DNA of 20,094 nucleotides from a virus (Duplodnaviria; Heunggongvirae; Uroviricota; Caudoviricetes): IMG/VR virus record IMGVR_UViG_2563366990_000010, positions 1 to 20,094 of that record; one strand, 5' to 3'. Shown piece by piece: positions 15,709 to 20,094 of this stretch (position 1 is its first letter; each line of letters starts with the position of its first letter). The notes under the pieces were generated by a model. It saw only the letters and a program-made list of their open reading frames with translations, ran no database searches and was not told where the DNA came from. The position numbers and the translations under genes were made by a program.

Positions 15709-16341
15709 ATGAGCACTCAACTTGTATTCCACAATGTTCAATTCCAGACCGTTCAACGAGATGGTCTACTGTGGTTGTCTGCCCCCCAAATAGCCAGCGC
15801 GTTACAATATGCAGATCAAAGCTCGGTAACACGCATCTATGCCCGTCACGCAGATGAATTCACAAACGGTATGACAGCCTCGGTCAAATTGACCGATCCT
15901 AAAGGGGACAAGCAAGAGACTCGCATCTTCTCATTACGCGGCGCTCACCTAATAGCGATGTTTGCTCGAACTCCAATAGCAAAAGAGTTTCGTCGCTGGG
16001 TATTGGATATTCTGGACCGTGAAGCTGAAAAAAGCGCTATACCGCCACAACCTCATATTCAGCCGCAATTCACAGCAGAAGACATCATCCTGCTCTGCTA
16101 CGTTCAACTCTGGATGGAAAAAGCACAACAACTCAGTAAACAGCTATACCCCGTCATGAGAGAACTGAACTCTGATTACTACGGGAAACTGTTTGATCTG
16201 GCCTACGAGACTCGTCATATAACCAACCGGACTCGCGACACATTGCTCCGCGAAGCAGCAAAACTTGATCCCGCCAACTATATGGTGCATAGGGCCAGAA
16301 GCATGCTGGCGCAACTACGGGCAAGACAATTTGAATTCTGA
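15709..16341 (+). CDS. Bro-N family antirepressor sharing its C-terminal domain with the upstream gene, 210 aa
   Basis: N-terminal Bro-N-like signature (LWLSAPQIASALQYADQSSVTRIYARHADEF); the C-terminal domain is paralogous to that of the 14789-15454 product. Confidence 0.75.
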   Translation: MSTQLVFHNVQFQTVQRDGLLWLSAPQIASALQYADQSSVTRIYARHADEFTNGMTASVKLTDPKGDKQETRIFSLRGAHLIAMFARTPIAKEFRRWVLDILDREAEKSAIPPQPHIQPQFTAEDIILLCYVQLWMEKAQQLSKQLYPVMRELNSDYYGKLFDLAYETRHITNRTRDTLLREAAKLDPANYMVHRARSMLAQLRARQFEF

Positions 16342-16346
16342 AACTA

Positions 16347-16369
16347 AAGGAGCTTCGGCTCCTTTTTTG
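16347..16369 (+). terminator. Intrinsic terminator after the antirepressor cassette
   Basis: Perfect 7-bp stem AAGGAGC / GCTCCTT with a TTCG tetraloop followed by TTTTTTGTT, 6 nt after the stop codon. Confidence 0.8.
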
Positions 16370-16395
16370 TTGGGAAAATCCAATGAGAGGGAATA

Positions 16396-16536
16396 ATGAA
16401 CCAGACTATCTTCCTCCGAAGTAAGCAGCAGCAACAATTCGCCATTAACGCCATCCTTGCAACAACTCTCGATAAAGACAAGCCAGTCACCATCCGCATT
16501 ACTGACTACAAGCGCAAGGAATTACTATATGGTTGA
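16396..16536 (+). pseudogene. ninB: N-terminal fragment of a ninB-like gene (46 codons)
   Basis: Translation MNQTIFLRSKQQQQFAINAILATTLDKDKPVTIRITDYKRKELLYG aligns with the N-terminus of NinB proteins and with the intact ninB at 17139, then diverges and stops where the HNH gene starts. Confidence 0.5.
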
Positions 16537-17167
16537 AATTGGCAACAGATACGGACTCCTGGTGGTATTACGAAAAGGAGATCCATATATAAACCCAAGA
16601 GGTAAAGTTGGAGAAAGCCGATGGGTTTGTCGGTGTGATTGTGGAAAGGAAAAACTTATTTATCGTTCGGCCCTGACAACAGGTAGAACTAAATCATGCG
16701 GATGTCTTGTAAAGAAATCGGCAGCATTGAGATGTGCAAATAACGGAAAACCCAGGAAAAGGAAGGGCGCATATTCTTCATGGGCCCAAATGAAATCTAG
16801 ATGCAATAACCCCGAAACACCAGGATACAAAAACTATGGAGGGAGGGGGATTCGCGTTTGTGAACGGTGGAATTCATTTGATCTTTTCCTGGAAGACATG
16901 GGAGAGAGGCCTGACGGATGCAGCATTGATCGTATTGATGTCAATGGTGATTACTGCAAAGAGAATTGCCGATGGGCTACTGACCGAGAGCAAAAGCTCA
17001 ACACCAGAAGAACGCGAAATCTTACAGCGTACGGGAAAACAATGACCATTAAAGAATGGAGTGAAGAAACAGGCATACCCTACTCAACGATTACAGTAAG
17101 GCTAATGAGAGGAAAAACCATAGAAGAGGCGCTATCTAATGGAAAGACAAAGGTATCATCTGATTAA
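16529..17167 (+). CDS. HNH-type homing-endonuclease-like protein, about 212 aa
   Basis: Contains YKNYGGRGIRVCERW and SIDRIDVNGDYCKENCRWATDREQ, which I read as an HNH-like core, plus a C-terminal HTH-like segment. I place the start at the ATG at 16529, with AAGGA 8 nt upstream; the ORF track starts at 16457. AT-rich relative to neighbours. Confidence 0.55.
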   Translation: MVEIGNRYGLLVVLRKGDPYINPRGKVGESRWVCRCDCGKEKLIYRSALTTGRTKSCGCLVKKSAALRCANNGKPRKRKGAYSSWAQMKSRCNNPETPGYKNYGGRGIRVCERWNSFDLFLEDMGERPDGCSIDRIDVNGDYCKENCRWATDREQKLNTRRTRNLTAYGKTMTIKEWSEETGIPYSTITVRLMRGKTIEEALSNGKTKVSSD

Positions 17168-17540
17168 TGAATCCGTCAGAGCTAACGCATTAAACGCAGT
17201 AAAATCCGCCCCCGATAAATTCATCATAGACATCCGCAAACCAACAAGAAAATTATCTCAAAATGCCAAATTTCACGCGATGGTCGCTGATATCTCCCGA
17301 CAGGTTCAGTGGTGCGGCAGATGGCTAAAACCAGAACAGTGGAAAGTTTTGTTAATCAGCGGTCATGCCGTGGCGACAAAACAGGAAGCTGATGTTTTGC
17401 CAGGTCTTGAAGGTGAATACGTCAATATCCGCGAAAGCAGTGCGCAGATGAGCGTGAAGCGTATGGCAAGCCTGATTGAGTACACAACTTCCTGGGCTGT
17501 GGAGCAGGGGATCAGATTTACCGACAGGAGGTATGAATGA
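17139..17540 (+). CDS. ninB: NinB (Orf-family recombination mediator), 133 aa
   Basis: The translation aligns along its length with lambda NinB as I recall it (shared ...SQN.K...SRQV.W.GRWL... core). Confidence 0.8.
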   Translation: MERQRYHLINESVRANALNAVKSAPDKFIIDIRKPTRKLSQNAKFHAMVADISRQVQWCGRWLKPEQWKVLLISGHAVATKQEADVLPGLEGEYVNIRESSAQMSVKRMASLIEYTTSWAVEQGIRFTDRRYE

Positions 17541-17713
17541 GACGAAAGCGACGAAGCATCACCGATATAGTCTGTGAAAACTGCAAATACCTTCCAACGA
17601 AACGCTCCAGAAATAAACGCAAGCCAATCCCAAAAGAATCTGACGTAAAAACCTTCAACTACACGGCTCACCTGTGGGATATCCGGTGGCTAAGACATCG
17701 TGCGAGGAAATGA
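17537..17713 (+). CDS. ninE: NinE, 58 aa (not in the supplied ORF track)
   Basis: ATG at 17537 overlaps the ninB stop, with AGGAGG 5 nt upstream. Translation [58 protein letters not shown] matches lambda NinE as I recall it. Confidence 0.85.
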   Translation: MRRKRRSITDIVCENCKYLPTKRSRNKRKPIPKESDVKTFNYTAHLWDIRWLRHRARK

Positions 17714-17715
17714 CA

Positions 17716-18117
17716 ATGCTTTTAATTCAACCTGGATTTGGCCTTAGCATCAAAAAAGGGCACATGTTTGGCGAGAAAGAGTCTCAACGAAAAATGGTGT
17801 CTATCCAGTTGCCATTTATCAGTATTTATTGGCTAAACAGGGAGGCAACAAATTATTGGTATACATGCGCCAGAGCAGCATTTAACGACCCTGACTGGTT
17901 TGTGAAAAACCACCACGCAGTTCGTCAGGCAAAGAGAAAGGCCAATACGACATACATGAAGGCGTATCGAAAAGCATGGAAAGAACACCGCGATCGATAC
18001 CAGCAAGACATGGAAAAGCTTGAATCAGAAAACATGGAATTAAGACGAAAGCTTGGTGAAGCAAAACGAGACATTGATGCTTACAAGCGACTTTTTAATG
18101 GTGAAAGCCATGCTTAG
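17716..18117 (+). CDS. Hypothetical protein with a C-terminal coiled coil, about 133 aa
   Basis: I place the start at the ATG at 17716, with GAGGAA 6 nt upstream; the ORF track starts at 17674. Basic central region and heptad-like C-terminus. Confidence 0.5.
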   Translation: MLLIQPGFGLSIKKGHMFGEKESQRKMVSIQLPFISIYWLNREATNYWYTCARAAFNDPDWFVKNHHAVRQAKRKANTTYMKAYRKAWKEHRDRYQQDMEKLESENMELRRKLGEAKRDIDAYKRLFNGESHA

Positions 18118-18286
18118 TCCATCCCAATCTCTTCAATACCAGAAAGAAAGCGTCGAGCGAGCTTTAACGTGCGCTAACTGCGGTCAGAAGCTGCATGTGC
18201 TGGAAGTTCACGTGTGCTCCGATTGCTGCGCAGAACTGATGAGCGATCCGAATAGCTCAATGTACGAGGAAGAAGACGATGAGTGA
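18110..18286 (+). CDS. ninF: NinF, about 58 aa
   Basis: Translation MLSPSQSLQYQKESVERALTCANCGQKLHVLEVHVCSDCCAELMSDPNSS... matches lambda NinF as I recall it. The ORF track starts at 18053. Confidence 0.8.
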   Translation: MLSPSQSLQYQKESVERALTCANCGQKLHVLEVHVCSDCCAELMSDPNSSMYEEEDDE

Positions 18287-18491
18287 TTATCTGAAATGGT
18301 ATCTCTGCTACCGCTGGTTAATTAAGTTTGCTGTAAAAGACTGGATGACAGCGGATGCCAACAAGCTTAAGCAAAGAAAGGACTATTACTACGCCAGAAT
18401 GAAGGAAAACTACTGCTCAATTCGCACTCGCATATTTATTAAAAAAGACCTTCAGTCAATTCTTCAATTGCGAGGGAAGGTAAATGGCTAA
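18279..18491 (+). CDS. Hypothetical protein, 70 aa
   Basis: ATG overlaps the ninF stop; AT-rich; basic and aromatic-rich; no family recognised. Confidence 0.4.
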   Translation: MSDYLKWYLCYRWLIKFAVKDWMTADANKLKQRKDYYYARMKENYCSIRTRIFIKKDLQSILQLRGKVNG

Positions 18492-18774
18492 CCTACGCAA
18501 AGAAGCGCGCGGCAGAGAATGCCAGGTACGTATTTACGGCGTATGCAATGGCAATCCTGAAACTACAGTTCTGGCACATTACCGGATGGCTGGAATTTGC
18601 GGAACGGGAATGAAGCCTGACGACCTGATCGGCTCATGGGCTTGTAGCGCGTGTCACGATGAAATCGACCGACGCACCCATAATCTCGACAACAAAGACG
18701 CCAGACTTTACCACCTGGAAGGCGTGATCAGGACGCAGGCGATACTACTGAAGGAGGGGAAAATTAAGTCATGA
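18484..18774 (+). CDS. YbcO-like nin-region protein (putative nuclease), 96 aa
   Basis: 96-aa Cys/His-containing protein immediately upstream of rusA, the position and size of ybcO in the DLP12 prophage as I recall it. Identity rests on synteny and size. Confidence 0.6.
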   Translation: MANLRKEARGRECQVRIYGVCNGNPETTVLAHYRMAGICGTGMKPDDLIGSWACSACHDEIDRRTHNLDNKDARLYHLEGVIRTQAILLKEGKIKS

Positions 18775-19133
18775 ATGAATATGAGTTTGTGCTTCCCTGG
18801 CCGCCGACGGTGAATACCTACTGGCGAAGACGGGGAAGCCAGTACTACATCAGCGATAAAGGCCAGAAATACCGAAAAGACGTACAGCAAATCATCCGGC
18901 AACTCAGATTAGACATTTTCACTAAATCACGACTTAGCATCACAATTATTGCTGAACCACCAGATTCCCGCCGTCGCGACCTCGATAACATCCTGAAAGG
19001 TTTACTCGACTCTCTTATCCACGCCGGATTTGCGGAAGACGACGAGCAATTCGATGACATTCGCGTAATTCGCGGCGTGAAAGTGCCTGGCGGTAGAGTG
19101 GGGATAAAAATCACCGAACTGGAGAACATTTGA
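18771..19133 (+). CDS. rusA: RusA Holliday-junction resolvase, 120 aa
   Basis: Translation shows the RusA signature (LPWPP...N.Y.R ... RRRDLDN ... D...D.R), the same 120-aa length as E. coli RusA, and a start overlapping the upstream stop. Confidence 0.9.
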   Translation: MNEYEFVLPWPPTVNTYWRRRGSQYYISDKGQKYRKDVQQIIRQLRLDIFTKSRLSITIIAEPPDSRRRDLDNILKGLLDSLIHAGFAEDDEQFDDIRVIRGVKVPGGRVGIKITELENI

Positions 19134-19327
19134 TGAATGCTAAAATTCAAACGATACCTGAATTACTGATCTGCACCAGGGGAAATCAGACAGAAGTCGC
19201 CAGAATACTGAACTGCAATCGTGCCACAGTCAGAAAATACATTGATGATAAAGATGCGAAAAAGCACGCCGTCGTCAATGGAGTCCTTATGGTTCATCGC
19301 GGATGGGGTAAAGATACTGATGCGTGA
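19133..19327 (+). CDS. ninH: NinH, 64 aa
   Basis: Translation ([42 protein letters not shown]) matches lambda NinH as I recall it. The ORF track starts at a TTG at 19130. Confidence 0.8.
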   Translation: MNAKIQTIPELLICTRGNQTEVARILNCNRATVRKYIDDKDAKKHAVVNGVLMVHRGWGKDTDA

Positions 19328-19745
19328 TATCCAACAGGTTCTGTCCCGATGGGGTGCATGGGTGGTAAATAATCATGAGAGTGTGGCATGGTCCGGCGTC
19401 GCTGCCGGATTTAAGGGAGTGATCCCATCAAAGGTTAAATCACGGCCTCAGTGTACCGATGATGATGCGCTGATTATCAGCAATTGCATGGCGCAACTGA
19501 ACGTCAACAACAGCGATTTGCATGATTTTCTGTATGATTATTATGTGTTCGGGATGACGCTTATGGGACTGGGCCGTAAGCATGAGCGCTCTGATTGCTG
19601 GGCCGGGCGGGTACTGCAAAAAGCTGAAGGTGTTATTGAGGGGATGTTGATTATGCAGGGAATAGAACTGGAAATGGACAGATACGTTGAGCGTGAACGA
19701 TCAGGGGCACAGGTCAGTCAGTTTTCCGGACATACGGGAAATTGA
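19320..19745 (+). CDS. Q: Late-gene antiterminator Q, 933W/H-19B-like family, 141 aa
   Basis: Translation ([33 protein letters not shown]...[25 protein letters not shown]...) resembles the Q of Stx-converting phages as I recall it. The start overlaps the ninH stop and the gene is last in the nin operon. The ORF track starts at 19221. Confidence 0.75.
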   Translation: MRDIQQVLSRWGAWVVNNHESVAWSGVAAGFKGVIPSKVKSRPQCTDDDALIISNCMAQLNVNNSDLHDFLYDYYVFGMTLMGLGRKHERSDCWAGRVLQKAEGVIEGMLIMQGIELEMDRYVERERSGAQVSQFSGHTGN

Positions 19746-19769
19746 AAGCGCGGGGTTTTACTGTAGAAT
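19742..19769 (+). promoter_or_regulatory. Candidate late promoter pR' with adjacent Q-utilisation region
   Basis: TTGAAA (19742-19747, overlapping the Q stop), 16-bp spacer, TAGAAT (19764-19769) preceded by TG; a hairpin CTGCC-GTAA-GGCAG lies downstream. Confidence 0.5.
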
Positions 19770-19887
19770 GACTGCGGGTGCTTGAGGGTGTCTGCCTCGG
19801 GCATGCTGCCGTAAGGCAGACGGAGAAAAGCCCCAGTTAACATTACGTGTCCTGCAAGACGCTTAACATTAATCTGAGGCCCAATCT

Positions 19888-20094
19888 ATGTCACACAACC
19901 GTAGGTTAGCCTCTTACGTGCCGGAAGGCAAGGAGAAGCAGTCTATGAAGCAGCAAAAGGCGATGTTAATTCGCCCTGATCGTCATCTGTTTAACTGTCA
20001 TAGTGACGGCACTGGTAACGAGGAAAGACCTCTGCGAGGTACGGATCCGAACCGGCCAGACGGAGGTCGCTGTCTTCGTAGACTACGAATCTGA
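19888..20094 (+). CDS. Hypothetical small basic protein downstream of pR', 68 aa
   Basis: ORF with GAGG 8 nt upstream of the ATG; the stop is the last codon of the window. Composition is unusual (Arg/Gly/Pro-rich), so coding status is uncertain. Confidence 0.3.
   Translation: MSHNRRLASYVPEGKEKQSMKQQKAMLIRPDRHLFNCHSDGTGNEERPLRGTDPNRPDGGRCLRRLRI

Larger units (their letters stand above)
1..20094. mobile_element. Internal segment of a lambdoid prophage (recombination, early-left, immunity, replication, nin and Q modules); ends not in window
   Basis: Gene order and orientation match lambda-like phages: xis-like, exo-bet-gam and N on the minus strand, cI divergent from cro-cII-O-P-nin-Q on the plus strand. 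Protein identities are from recalled family signatures; no integrase or att site is visible. Confidence 0.9.

Noticed and set aside
16457-16528. Longer N-terminus for the HNH-like gene starting at 16457
   Set aside because: No ribosome-binding site; the ATG at 16529 has AAGGA at suitable spacing, and the upstream codons overlap the ninB-fragment ORF in another frame.
19221-19319. N-terminal extension of Q starting at 19221
   Set aside because: The extension overlaps ninH in another frame; the ATG at 19320 begins the conserved Q N-terminus and overlaps the ninH stop in the coupled arrangement typical of this operon.
19770-20094. tRNA genes downstream of Q, as in some Stx-phage late regions
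   Set aside because: Neither strand has a canonical T-arm (GTTCRAnYC with matching 5-bp stems) or a convincing cloverleaf; the only TTCGG-type match lacks the conserved A58 and a flanking stem.
1-20094. CRISPR array, transposase or insertion sequence, integrase or att site
   Set aside because: No regularly spaced direct repeats with unique spacers, no terminal inverted repeats flanking a transposase-like ORF, and no tyrosine or serine recombinase signature. The integrase presumably lies beyond the left edge.

Overview
This window is an internal segment of a lambdoid (lambda-like) prophage of an enterobacterial host, most likely Escherichia coli, with no chromosomal flank or attachment site visible. 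Product names below come from my recall of protein families applied to the supplied translations; no database search was run. Left to right: an AlpA-type excisionase-like gene and the leftward early operon on the minus strand (lambda Red exo, bet, gam; a 690-aa acidic orphan protein; several small orphan genes, some in an AT-rich block; a phage-21-type N antiterminator with nutL). Then the immunity region (cI-like repressor, cro-like gene, three-fold 14-bp operators, nutR, cII), a replication module (O-like initiator, DnaC-like loader), a block of nine small genes including an orphan DNA methyltransferase, two tandem antirepressor genes each with its own promoter and leader terminator, and a nin region (ninB, ninE, ninF, ybcO-like, rusA, ninH) with an HNH-type insertion, ending at antiterminator Q and a candidate late promoter. 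The strongest leads for undescribed biology are the 690-aa protein upstream of gam, the AT-rich block with a structured intergenic region at 4.4-5.9 kb, the paired antirepressor cassettes, and the HNH insertion beside a ninB fragment. No rRNA, tRNA, CRISPR array or transposase was found.
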